This document shows, in pieces, positions 38,605-47,726 of a DNA stretch of 64,000 nucleotides. The position numbers were made by a program, and so were the translations under genes. Numbering within the stretch: the first letter of the stretch is position 1; every line of letters starts with the position of its first letter. Source of the DNA: Sphingomonadaceae bacterium (lineage in GTDB: Bacteria > Pseudomonadota > Alphaproteobacteria > Sphingomonadales > Sphingomonadaceae); assembly GCA_947454135.1 (NCBI GenBank), contig CANGJI010000002.1:47655-111654 (forward strand), read 5' to 3'. The notes below the pieces were generated by a model. That model searched no databases, was not told the DNA's origin, and saw only the letters and a program-made list of their open reading frames with translations.

Positions 38605-39804
38605 TCAGGCAGCGCTGGCGTTGACACCCATGCTGCTGAGGTAGCGGCGGATGTTGCGCGCGGCCTGGCGCAGGCGCTGCTCGTTCTCGACCATGGCGAT
38701 TCGCACATAGCCCTCGCCATCCTCGCCGTAACCGACGCCCGGCGCGACCGCGACTTCGGCATGGGTGAGGAGCTGCTTCGAGAACTCGAGGCTGCCCATT
38801 TCGCGCAGTGCCGGCGGAAGCGGCGCCCAGGCGAACATCGAGGCGCGCGGGCTGGGGATTTCACACCCGGCGCGGCCGAACGCCTCGACCATCACGTCGC
38901 GGCGCTTCTTGTAGAGCAGGCGGTTCTGCTCGACGATATCCTGCGGGCCATTGAGCGCAGCGCAAGTCGCCGCCTGGATCGGGGTGAACGCGCCGTAATC
39001 GAGGTAGGACTTCACGCGGGTCAGCGCCGCGATGAGCTGCTTGTTGCCCACTGCGAAGCCGACACGCCAGCCCGCCATCGAGAAGGTCTTCGACATCGAG
39101 GTGAACTCGACCGCGACGTCCTTAGCGCCCGGGACTTCAAGGATCGAGCGCGTCGGGTTGCCGTCGAAGTAGAGCTCGGAATAGGCAAGGTCGGAAAGCA
39201 CCCAGACCTTGTTCTCCTTCGCCCAGGCCACAAGCCGCTCGTAGAACGCAAGGTCCACCGTCTCGGCGGTCGGGTTCGAGGGATAGTTGACGATCACCAC
39301 CGAAGGGCGCGGCACGCTGTAGCGCATCGCGCGGTCGAGGGCTTCCCAATAGCGCTCGTCCGGCGTTGTCGGCACCGAACGGATCGTTGCCCCGGCGATG
39401 ATGAAGCCGAAGGTATGGATCGGATAGCTGGGGTTCGGCGCGAGCACGACATCGCCCGGCGCGGTGATCGCGGTGGCAAGGCTGGCGAGCCCTTCCTTCG
39501 AGCCCATCGTCATCACCACTTCGTTCTCGGGATCGAGTTCGACATTGAAGCGGCGCGCGTAATAATTGGCCTGCGCCTTGCGCACGCCGGGGATGCCCTT
39601 CGATGCCGAATAGCCATGCGCATCGGGCTTCATCGCCACTTCGCACAGCTTTTCGATGACATGCGCCGGGGGCGGGAGATCGGGGTTGCCCATGCCGAGA
39701 TCGATGATGTCTGCACCGCGGGCGCGAGCGGCGGCCCGCATCGCGTTCACTTCGGCGATGACGTAGGGCGGCAGGCGCTTCATGCGGTAGAATTCTTCGG
39801 TCAC
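38605..39804 (-). CDS. Class I/II aminotransferase (AlaC/YfdZ or LL-DAP aminotransferase-like)
   Basis: KRLPPYV, IDLGMGNPD, NYPSNPT, SDLAY, SMSKTFSMAGWRVGF. GTG start at 39804 (alternative 39819). Confidence 0.88.
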   Translation of the reverse strand: MTEEFYRMKRLPPYVIAEVNAMRAAARARGADIIDLGMGNPDLPPPAHVIEKLCEVAMKPDAHGYSASKGIPGVRKAQANYYARRFNVELDPENEVVMTMGSKEGLASLATAITAPGDVVLAPNPSYPIHTFGFIIAGATIRSVPTTPDERYWEALDRAMRYSVPRPSVVIVNYPSNPTAETVDLAFYERLVAWAKENKVWVLSDLAYSELYFDGNPTRSILEVPGAKDVAVEFTSMSKTFSMAGWRVGFAVGNKQLIAALTRVKSYLDYGAFTPIQAATCAALNGPQDIVEQNRLLYKKRRDVMVEAFGRAGCEIPSPRASMFAWAPLPPALREMGSLEFSKQLLTHAEVAVAPGVGYGEDGEGYVRIAMVENEQRLRQAARNIRRYLSSMGVNASAA

Positions 39805-39951
39805 GGTGGTTTCACTCACTCCTCTGGCTCGGCAAAAGCGCCGATCCAGCACGCCCCTTACGACAATCGTCGTCCCGTGGGAACCGGAAGGGCTCACAAC
39901 CGTCACATTCGGCGCTATAAGCAAATCAGCGCAACAGGGATCGGAACCACA

Positions 39952-41850
39952 ATGGCTGACGCCGCAACACCGCCGGACAACCTTGCCGATACCGCTGTGA
40001 TCGAGGATCTCATGCGTCAGCAGGGTGAAGCGGTGCAGGCGCTGTTCGCCCCGTTCCTCCCCACCGCCTCGACCCCGCCACTCGATCCGGCGGCAATGCA
40101 GCACTGGGCGATGTCAGCCGCGAAGCTGCAGAAGATGTGGCTCGATTTCGGCGCCGAACAGGCGGGCCAGGTCGAGCCGGTCATGGCGCGCATGGCTGAT
40201 CCCGCGCGCTGGACCTCCATGTTCAACGACTGGTACGCCGCGCTCCCCCTCTCGCAGGCTGAAACGCAGGCCAAGCTGTGGGAAGACGGACTGGAGCTCT
40301 GGACCAAGGTGCTCGGCCGCTATGGCATCGGCCCTGCCGCATCCGGAGCCGCCACGCCGGCGGAGGATGCCCAGCTGCCGCGCAATGACCGCCGCTTTGC
40401 CGATCCGCGCTGGGCCGACCAGCCGTGGTTCGCCCTGCTCCACCAGACCTACCTCCTGCTGTCGGAGAAGCTGACGGCGATGGCGGCCGACGTGAAGGGC
40501 CTGCCGCCCGAGCGCCAGCAGCAGATCCAGTTCTTCACCAAGATTGTCGTCGATGCGCTGAGCCCGGCCAACTTCCCGATGACCAATCCCATCGTGATCG
40601 AGCGCACGCTCGAAACGCATGGCGAGAACCTCGTGAAAGGTGCCGAGCACCTCCTTGCCGATATCCGCAAGGGCCAGCTCACCCATACCGATCCCGAAGC
40701 CTTCGAGCTTGGCCGCAACATCGCGATCACGCCGGGCAAGGTCGTCCACGAAACCCCGCTCTACCAGCTGATCCAGTACAGCCCGGCGACCGAGGACGTG
40801 CTCGCCGTGCCGCTGCTGATCTTCCCGCCGTGGATCAACCGTTTCTACATCCTCGATCTCAACCCCAAGAAGAGCTTCATCCGCTGGGCGGTCGAGCAGG
40901 GACTGACGGTGTTCGTGGTCTCCTGGAAATCGGCCGATGCTTCGATGGCCGAGGTGGTCTGGGACGACTACGTGATGGCGCAAGTCGAGGCGATCGACGT
41001 GGTGCGCGAGCGGCTGGGCGTGCCCCAGGTCCACACGATCGGCTATTGCGTCGCGGGCACCACGCTGGCCGCGACCCTCGCGCTGCTGGCGCGGCGCGGC
41101 GCGGCGGACAAGGTGCGCTCGGCCACCTTCTTCACCGCGCAGGTCGATTTCGAGAAGGCGGGCGACCTCAAGTCGTTCATCGACGACAAGCAGATCAAGA
41201 TGCTCGAGAGCCTAGCCACCGACGGCTACCTTGATGGGCGCTACATGGCGGCCACCTTCAACCTGCTGCGCGGGACGGACCTGATCTGGAACTACGTCGT
41301 CAGCAACTACCTGCTCGGCGAGGACTATCCGGCCTTCGATCTGCTCCACTGGAACGGCGACACGACCAACCTGCCGGCCAAGTGGCACAAGGCCTATCTG
41401 GAAGATCTCTACCGCGACAACCGGCTGGTCATGCCGGATTCGCTGGAGATCGACGGCACGCCGATCGACCTCAGGCTGATCGAGACGCCCTGCTACATCC
41501 AGGCCGGGCGCGAGGACCACATCGCGCCGCCCGAAAGCGTATGGAAGCTGACCCGGCTGCTCTCCGGCCCGTGGCGCTTCCTGCTGGCGGGTTCGGGCCA
41601 TATCGCCGGCGTCGTCAATCCACCGGACGCGGGCAAGTACCAATACTGGCTGAGCGATGGCGAGCCCACCACGCTCGCGGAATTCATCGCCGACGCGCGG
41701 GAAACCAAGGGCAGCTGGTGGCCGGACTGGATCGAGTGGATCCGCGCCTCGGACGCGGCCATGGTCCCTGCCAAAGGCAAGCGCGCACCCGGTGGCCGCG
41801 GCGACAAGGTGATCGAGGATGCACCCGGACGCTACGTAAAGGCGCGCTGA
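39952..41850 (+). CDS. phaC: Class I poly(3-hydroxyalkanoate) synthase
   Basis: PPWINRFYILDL, IGYCVAG (catalytic Cys), EDHIAP, SGHIAGVVNPP, SWWPDW. The ORF track start at 38761 is an overextension. Confidence 0.95.
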   Translation: MADAATPPDNLADTAVIEDLMRQQGEAVQALFAPFLPTASTPPLDPAAMQHWAMSAAKLQKMWLDFGAEQAGQVEPVMARMADPARWTSMFNDWYAALPLSQAETQAKLWEDGLELWTKVLGRYGIGPAASGAATPAEDAQLPRNDRRFADPRWADQPWFALLHQTYLLLSEKLTAMAADVKGLPPERQQQIQFFTKIVVDALSPANFPMTNPIVIERTLETHGENLVKGAEHLLADIRKGQLTHTDPEAFELGRNIAITPGKVVHETPLYQLIQYSPATEDVLAVPLLIFPPWINRFYILDLNPKKSFIRWAVEQGLTVFVVSWKSADASMAEVVWDDYVMAQVEAIDVVRERLGVPQVHTIGYCVAGTTLAATLALLARRGAADKVRSATFFTAQVDFEKAGDLKSFIDDKQIKMLESLATDGYLDGRYMAATFNLLRGTDLIWNYVVSNYLLGEDYPAFDLLHWNGDTTNLPAKWHKAYLEDLYRDNRLVMPDSLEIDGTPIDLRLIETPCYIQAGREDHIAPPESVWKLTRLLSGPWRFLLAGSGHIAGVVNPPDAGKYQYWLSDGEPTTLAEFIADARETKGSWWPDWIEWIRASDAAMVPAKGKRAPGGRGDKVIEDAPGRYVKAR

Positions 41851-41902
41851 GCCGCACCTGCGAAGACAGCGATAGCCCAATCATTCCGGGCGCTTCCGTT
41901 TA

Positions 41903-41965
41903 TGTTGCAGCGCACAATAGGGCTTGACGTTTCGCGTCTGCACTCTTATTTTGTGCAGTGCAACA
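41903..41965 (+). promoter_or_regulatory. Phasin promoter flanked by two inverted TGC-rich boxes (candidate PhaR/AniA operators)
   Basis: TGTTGCAGCGCACAATA (41903-41919) and TTTTGTGCAGTGCAACA (41949-41965) are 14/17 inverted copies around TTGACG-N17-TATTTT. Confidence 0.6.
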
Positions 41966-42034
41966 CGGTCCACTGCTGATCCAGCTCCTTGGATTTCGCG
42001 CGTGGGGCGTGTCCGGCGCAGGAGCAGTCAGACC

Positions 42035-42847
42035 ATGGAAGACAAAGTCAAGGACATCGCAGACGCAGCAATCGCGGCGCCGGCTGTCGCGGCTGAGCCG
42101 ACCCCGGCCGAGCTGCCCGCGCAGCCGGAAGTGCTTGAAGCGGCCGCCGCTCCGGTTGCCGCTGTCAAGCCGAAGGGCAAGCCCGGCCGTCCCCCCAAGG
42201 CGGCGGCGCCTGCTCCTGAAACGGCTGCGGATGCTCCGGTGGCTCCGGCTGTGAAGCCGGCCCGGAAGGCTCCGGCGAAAAAGGCGGCGAAGGTCGCCAA
42301 GGTCGCACCGAAGCCCGCCGCGAAGACCAGCACGCCTCCCGTCAAGACCACCAAGAAAGAAGCCGCCTCCGTGAAGAGCGTGGCTGCCAAGCAGAAGGAT
42401 ACTTTCACCATGACCGCCAAGACCGCCGATGTGACCCAGACCATCCAGACCGCCTTCAAGGACGCCACCGAAAAGGCCAAGGCCGCGTTCGAGAAGAGCC
42501 AGGCATCGCTCGCCGACGTTGGCACCTTCACCAAGGGCAATGTCGAAGCCGTCGTCGAATCGACCAAGATCCTCGCCACCGGCCTGCAGGAAATGAGCAA
42601 GAGCTACGTCGCCGAGAGCAAGACGGTCGTCGAGACGCTGACCGCCGACGTCAAGGATCTCGCTTCGGTGAAGTCGCCGACCGAGTTCTTCGAGAAGCAG
42701 AACGCGATGCTCCGCAAGCAGTTCGACGCCGCGGTCGCCGCGACCTCGAAGAACAGCGAAGCCATGCTCAAGCTCGCCAGCGAGGCTTTCCAGCCGATCT
42801 CGAACCGCGTCAGCCTCGCGGTCGAAAAGATCAAGCACGCCGCCTGA
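42035..42847 (+). CDS. phaP: Phasin with long Ala/Pro/Lys-rich N-terminal extension
   Basis: Phasin-like C-terminus KGNVEAVVES...VKSPTEFFEKQ...AFQPISNRV; AGGAG SD before ATG 42035. Confidence 0.85.
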   Translation: MEDKVKDIADAAIAAPAVAAEPTPAELPAQPEVLEAAAAPVAAVKPKGKPGRPPKAAAPAPETAADAPVAPAVKPARKAPAKKAAKVAKVAPKPAAKTSTPPVKTTKKEAASVKSVAAKQKDTFTMTAKTADVTQTIQTAFKDATEKAKAAFEKSQASLADVGTFTKGNVEAVVESTKILATGLQEMSKSYVAESKTVVETLTADVKDLASVKSPTEFFEKQNAMLRKQFDAAVAATSKNSEAMLKLASEAFQPISNRVSLAVEKIKHAA

Positions 42848-42897
42848 TCGGCACTTCCGGCACGCGCTGCGGCGCTCGCCGGACCTGAACACGAGAG

Positions 42898-42927
42898 CGG
42901 GCCGGCCGGGATTTCCTGTCCGGCCCG
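42898..42927 (+). terminator. Hairpin terminator after phaP
   Basis: CGGGCCGG...CCGGCCCG stem followed by TTCACGTTT. Confidence 0.55.
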
Positions 42928-43102
42928 TTCACGTTTATGGCCAGGAAATGCTCCCTTGATGCAGGACTTTGAGGCCAAGTGTTCACCCGCCTCTTGTACC
43001 TGCGCGCCTGCAATGCGATATTCTCCCTACGCCATGAACATGAAAGCCAACCCCGGCGCCCCTGAGGGCACTGCTGTCTGTGCTGCCGCATTCGCGGTGG
43101 AG

Positions 43103-43468
43103 ATGCCCGTACGCGCAGCCGGTGACGACGAGCCCAAGGGCCCCGGAGACGGCAGCGGTGGTGGGGACGGCGACGATCAGATCGGCATCGCCACCAAGAC
43201 CCGCACCCGACCCAAGAAGCCCAGCATGTTCAAGGTGCTGATGCTCAACGACGATTACACGCCGATGGAATTCGTCGTGATGGTGCTGAAGCGCTTCTTC
43301 CACATGGATCTGGAGCAGGCGACCCGCGTCATGCTGCACGTCCACCAGAAGGGCGTCGGCGTTTGCGGGATCTTCCCTTACGAAATCGCGGAAACCAAGG
43401 TGAACCAGGTGATGGACTTCGCCCGGCAGAACCAGCATCCGCTGCAATGCACGCTCGAGAAGGCATGA
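43103..43468 (+). CDS. clpS: ATP-dependent Clp protease adaptor ClpS (start uncertain, 43034 possible)
   Basis: [38 protein letters not shown]. Confidence 0.92.
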   Translation: MPVRAAGDDEPKGPGDGSGGGDGDDQIGIATKTRTRPKKPSMFKVLMLNDDYTPMEFVVMVLKRFFHMDLEQATRVMLHVHQKGVGVCGIFPYEIAETKVNQVMDFARQNQHPLQCTLEKA

Positions 43469-43592
43469 TTCGCGCCTGAGCGCCCGCCAGCATCGACGGG
43501 ACGCTTCGACACTCGCGCATTTTCGCCTTCCGCCGGCCCCTGAACCCGGCTAACCGGAAGCCGTTCATTCGGTCCAGCGAGCCCGCCCGCCC

Positions 43593-44825
43593 TTGCCTTT
43601 CCTTACCGCCACAGATCGATACATCGCCCGGCTCGTGTTTGTGCCGATGTGCGCGGTTTTCGTGATCGCGGCGTCGCTGCTCGTGCTCGACAAGATGCTC
43701 AAGCTGTTCGACTTCGTGGCGACCGAAGGCGGGCCGGTCAGCGTCGTGTTCAAGATGCTGGCCAACCTCCTGCCCGAATATGCCAGCCTCGCGATTCCGC
43801 TGGGGCTGATGCTGGGCATCCTGCTTGCGTTCCGCCGCCTTGCGACGTCGTCCGAGCTCGACGTCATGCGCGCGGTGGGCCTCTCCTACACACGGCTGCT
43901 GCGCGTGCCCTATCTCTTCACGGTGGTGCTGGCTGCGCTCAACCTCGTGATCGTCGGCTATCTCCAGCCCCTCTCACGCTACTATTACGAGCAGCTCCAG
44001 TTCGATCTGCGTTCGGGCGCACTGGGCGCCTCGATCAAGGTGGGCGAATTCAACACGCTGCAGGATCGCACCGCGCTGCGCGTCGATGCCAGCCGCGACG
44101 AGGGGCGCGACTTGCGCGGGATCTTCGCGCGGATCGCCGCCAAGGATGGCCAGGTTCTCGTGATCTCCGCGCGCGAGGGGCAGTTCTTCGCCAGCCGGGA
44201 GAATCCGGACACGGTGATCCTGCGGCTGTCCGAGGGGCAGATCGTGCAGGATGGCCCGGGCATCACGTCCCCGCGCGTCCTCACCTTCGCGACCCACGAC
44301 CTGCCGATCGACCTGCCCAAGATCGAACAGTTCCGCAGCCGCGGCGATCGTGACCGCGAGTACTTCCTGCCCGAACTGCTCCGCATCGGCTGGAGCAAGG
44401 ATTCGAGCGAGGCGGCCCGCTACCAGAGCATCGCCAGCCTCAACTACCGCCTCGTCGAAGTGGCGATGATGTTCCTCCTGCCGCTGCTCGCCGTCGCGCT
44501 GGCGGTGCCGCCCAAGCGATCGAGCTCCGCGCTCGGCGTGTTCGTCTCGATCGTGATGGTGGTCGCCTACCACAAGGTCAACGAATACGGGCAGGACGTA
44601 TCCAGCCTCGGCCGGGTCGATCCCACCCTCGCGCTGTGGGGACCGTTCATGCTGTTCGCGGCGCTCATCGTGTCGATGTACTGGCGGCTTGCCTATGTGC
44701 CCGGCGGCCAGCCGATCGGCGCGCTGGAAACGGGCTTTGCCAAGATCGCGCGCTCGGTGATGAAGCTGTTCGCCGCCCGCCAACCGCGCCAGATCGACGC
44801 TGCGGGAGCCGTCGATGCAGCTTGA
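43593..44825 (+). CDS. lptF: Lpt transporter permease LptF
   Basis: DRYIAR, LLPEYASLAIP, SELDVMRAVGLS, LAVPPKRS. TTG start; followed by an lptG paralogue. Confidence 0.85.
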   Translation: MPFLTATDRYIARLVFVPMCAVFVIAASLLVLDKMLKLFDFVATEGGPVSVVFKMLANLLPEYASLAIPLGLMLGILLAFRRLATSSELDVMRAVGLSYTRLLRVPYLFTVVLAALNLVIVGYLQPLSRYYYEQLQFDLRSGALGASIKVGEFNTLQDRTALRVDASRDEGRDLRGIFARIAAKDGQVLVISAREGQFFASRENPDTVILRLSEGQIVQDGPGITSPRVLTFATHDLPIDLPKIEQFRSRGDRDREYFLPELLRIGWSKDSSEAARYQSIASLNYRLVEVAMMFLLPLLAVALAVPPKRSSSALGVFVSIVMVVAYHKVNEYGQDVSSLGRVDPTLALWGPFMLFAALIVSMYWRLAYVPGGQPIGALETGFAKIARSVMKLFAARQPRQIDAAGAVDAA

Positions 44826-45915
44826 TTTCTTCCCCTCGCGCACGATCACGCTCTACATCGGCCGCATGTTCGCGATGCGGATCATCGCGGTGCTGCTGAT
44901 GCTCGTGCTCGTGCTGCAGATGCTCGACCTCCTGAGCGAAAGCGGGCGGATTCTGGCGGCACCCGGCAATGGTCAGGGTGAACTGCTGACGTATGTGGGC
45001 CTGCGCGCACCGCAACTTGTCAGCCGCTTCCTCCCCTATTCGGTGCTGCTGGCGACGATCATCACGCTGATGACGCTCAACCAGAACAGCGAGGTCATCG
45101 CGCTCAAGGCGGCCGGCCTCTCCGCGCATCAGGTGCTTGCGCCGCTGTTCCTCGTCGCCGCGATGACCTCGCTCGTCACCTTCGGCTTCAACGAGCGGAT
45201 CGTGGTGCGTTCGTCCGCAACGCTCAAGGCCTGGCAAGCCGTGGACTACAAGGCGATCCCGCGAGACAGCGCGGTGAAAAGCAATGTCTGGCTGCAGGAT
45301 GGCAGCAACCTGCTCTACGCGCGCGCCGTTTCGGGCCAGGGCAACCGGACCCGGATGACCGACGTCAGCTGGTATCGCCGCGATCCGGCGGGCATGGTCA
45401 CCGAGATCGTGCGCTCGCCGGAAGCGACCTTCGCGCGGCCCGGCTGGCATTTCACCAAGCCCAGCGGCTTCGATGTCCAGAGCGCGCGGCGGCTGACTTA
45501 CCCGGCGGATCAGGTCTTCGCCAAGAGCGTGGACCCGGCGCAAGTGGTGATCCGCAAGGCCGATGCCGACGGGGAATCGATCACCCAGCTCTCGCAATCG
45601 ATCGAGGCGATCCGCGGCGCGGGCTATCGCACCAGCGAGCTCGAGGGGAAGTGGTGGCACAAGTTTTCCGGCCCGCTTTCCGCGCTGCTCATGCCGCTGC
45701 TCGGTGCAGTGGCCGCGTTCGGCCTGGCACGCTCGGGCATGCTGTTCGTGCGCGCGGTGATCGGCATGGCCTTGGGCTTTGCCTACTTCGTGGTCGACAA
45801 TGCCGCGCTGGCGATGGGCAACTTCGGCGGCTACCCGCCGCTGCTCGCCGCCTGGGCGCCGTTCTTCCTGTTCCTGCTGATCGGCGAGACGGTGCTGATC
45901 AGGACAGAAGAGTAG
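44815..45915 (+). CDS. lptG: Lpt transporter permease LptG
   Basis: LYIGRMF, QNSEVIALKAAGLS, WHKFSGPL, PPLLAAWAP. Confidence 0.85.
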   Translation: MQLDFFPSRTITLYIGRMFAMRIIAVLLMLVLVLQMLDLLSESGRILAAPGNGQGELLTYVGLRAPQLVSRFLPYSVLLATIITLMTLNQNSEVIALKAAGLSAHQVLAPLFLVAAMTSLVTFGFNERIVVRSSATLKAWQAVDYKAIPRDSAVKSNVWLQDGSNLLYARAVSGQGNRTRMTDVSWYRRDPAGMVTEIVRSPEATFARPGWHFTKPSGFDVQSARRLTYPADQVFAKSVDPAQVVIRKADADGESITQLSQSIEAIRGAGYRTSELEGKWWHKFSGPLSALLMPLLGAVAAFGLARSGMLFVRAVIGMALGFAYFVVDNAALAMGNFGGYPPLLAAWAPFFLFLLIGETVLIRTEE

Positions 45916-46792
45916 CCGCACCCTCATCGCCCGCACGCAGCGGCAGGCGCAGCGCGCGCAGCCCGTGCGGATCGGCTGGCGGCAGCCGCCCGGCGCGAAT
46001 GTTCACCTGAATCGAGGGCAGCAGCAGGCGCGGCGGCGCGAGCGTGGCATCACGCGCCTGCCGCATCGCGACGAAGGCCGCTTCGTCCACGCCGTCATGC
46101 ACATGGACATTGGCGCGGCGCTGCTCGCCGACGGTCGTCTCCCACGCCAAGTTGTCGCGCCCCGGCGCCTTGTAGTCGTGGCAGAGGAACAGCCGGGTCT
46201 CTTCCGGCAGGGCAAGCAACCGGCGGATCGAGCGATAGAGCGCATGCGCATCGCCCCCGGGGAAATCCGCACGCGCGGTGCCGTAGTCGGGCATGAACAG
46301 CGTATCGCCGATGAAGACCGCATCGCCGATCCTGTAGCTGGCGCAGGCCGGCGTATGGCCCGGGGTATGCAGCACTTCGATCGCCAGACCGCCCAGCGCG
46401 ACGATCTCGCCGTCGGAAAGGAGGCGGTCGAAGTCCCCGGCGGCAGGCAGCAGGTCGTCGGCCCCGAACATCGGCGCAAAGGTCCGCTGCACCTCGTCGA
46501 TCCGCGCGCCGATGCCGATCCAGGCACCGGTTCGCGCCGCGATCAGCTTGGCCGCGCTGAGGTGATCGGCATGGGCGTGGGTTTCGAGGATCATGGCGAT
46601 CTGCCAGCCCTGCTCCGCCGCTGCGGCGAGCACCGCATCGACCGAGCCGGTGCTGATCCGTCCCGAGGCCGGATCGAAATCGAGCACCGGGTCGATCACT
46701 GCCGCGGTGCCGCTGGCGGGATCGGCGACCAGATAGGTCACGGTGAAGGTCGGTTCATCGAAGAAGGCGAGAATCGCGGGGCGGGCAGCCAT
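45899..46792 (-). CDS. MBL-fold persulfide dioxygenase (Blh/PDO type II)
   Basis: ETHAHADHLS, HTPGHT, GDTLFMPDYGTARADFPGG, LCHDY. Confidence 0.88.
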   Translation of the reverse strand: MAARPAILAFFDEPTFTVTYLVADPASGTAAVIDPVLDFDPASGRISTGSVDAVLAAAAEQGWQIAMILETHAHADHLSAAKLIAARTGAWIGIGARIDEVQRTFAPMFGADDLLPAAGDFDRLLSDGEIVALGGLAIEVLHTPGHTPACASYRIGDAVFIGDTLFMPDYGTARADFPGGDAHALYRSIRRLLALPEETRLFLCHDYKAPGRDNLAWETTVGEQRRANVHVHDGVDEAAFVAMRQARDATLAPPRLLLPSIQVNIRAGRLPPADPHGLRALRLPLRAGDEGAATLLS

Positions 46793-46815
46793 GGCATGGT
46801 CCTTTCACCGCCTCA

Positions 46816-46852
46816 TATATTAGACATTGCTAAATTAGCAAGTTCTGATATA
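46816..46852. promoter_or_regulatory. AT-rich imperfect palindrome, candidate BigR operator
   Basis: TATATTAGA-CA-TTGCTA-AAT-TAGCAA-GT-TCTGATATA in the 68-bp divergent gap. Confidence 0.7.
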
Positions 46853-46860
46853 CGGACCAT

Positions 46861-47193
46861 ATGCCGATTCACCCCCCTCTCGACACTGCCACGTTCGAGG
46901 CCAACGCCACCATGGTCGCGGCCATCCTGCGCGAGCTGGCCAATCCGCACCGCCTGATGGTGCTCTGCTCGCTCGCCGAGGCTGGCGAAATGAAGGTGGG
47001 AGACATCGCCGAGCGCGTCGGGCTCTCGCAATCGGCGCTCTCGCAGCACCTCGCCCGCCTGCGCGAGGAAGGCCTCGTCGCCTTCACGCGTGACGCGCAA
47101 GTGCTGCGGTACCGGATCGCCGATGCGCGGGTCGAAGCCCTCCTCGCCGCGCTCTACCAGCTCTACTGCGCCCCTGATTCCAGCAAGGACTGA
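46861..47193 (+). CDS. bigR: ArsR-family persulfide-sensing repressor (BigR/SqrR-like)
   Basis: LANPHRLMVLC, SQSALSQHLARLR, LYQLYC: the two-Cys pattern of BigR/SqrR. Confidence 0.75.
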   Translation: MPIHPPLDTATFEANATMVAAILRELANPHRLMVLCSLAEAGEMKVGDIAERVGLSQSALSQHLARLREEGLVAFTRDAQVLRYRIADARVEALLAALYQLYCAPDSSKD

Positions 47194-47197
47194 TGCC

Positions 47198-47722
47198 ATG
47201 ACCCTGCCCCTCATCACCCCCGCCGAAGCCCGCCAGCTGATGGCCGATGGCGCCCGGCTGATCGATATCCGCCCGGGCGACGAATTCGACCGCCTGCGCA
47301 TTCCCGGTTCGGAGAACCGCCCGATCGACCAGCTGGGCCGCGTCGGCGATGCCCCGGCGGTGGTCTATCACTGCCGCAGCGGCATGCGCACCTCGGCCAA
47401 TGCCGCAAGGCTGGCAGCGGCGAGCGATTGCCCGGCCTATCTGCTTCAAGGCGGCCTCGACGCGTGGCGCGCGGCGGGCCTGCCAGTGGCCGAAAACCGC
47501 AAGGCACCGCTGGAGATCATGCGGCAGGTCCAGATCACTGCGGGCGCGCTGGTCGTGCTGGGCGTGGTGCTGGGCGTGCTGGTCCAGCCGGCCTTCTTCG
47601 GCCTCTCCGCCTTTGTCGGTGCGGGCCTGATGTTTGCGGGCACGACCGGCTGGTGCGGCATGGCGAAGCTGCTTGCGGCCATGCCCTGGAACCGGCCGCA
47701 AGGCCCGAACATGGCGGCCTGA
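47198..47722 (+). CDS. Rhodanese plus DUF2892 membrane protein (YgaP-like)
   Basis: LIDIR, HCRSGMR active loop, RQVQITAG, GWCGMAKLLAAMPWN. Confidence 0.85.
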   Translation: MTLPLITPAEARQLMADGARLIDIRPGDEFDRLRIPGSENRPIDQLGRVGDAPAVVYHCRSGMRTSANAARLAAASDCPAYLLQGGLDAWRAAGLPVAENRKAPLEIMRQVQITAGALVVLGVVLGVLVQPAFFGLSAFVGAGLMFAGTTGWCGMAKLLAAMPWNRPQGPNMAA

Positions 47723-47726
47723 TCCC

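Noticed and set aside
38761-39951. Apparent 400-aa N-terminal extension of PhaC
   Set aside because: Overlaps the aminotransferase on the opposite strand; a plausible start with SD lies at 39952.
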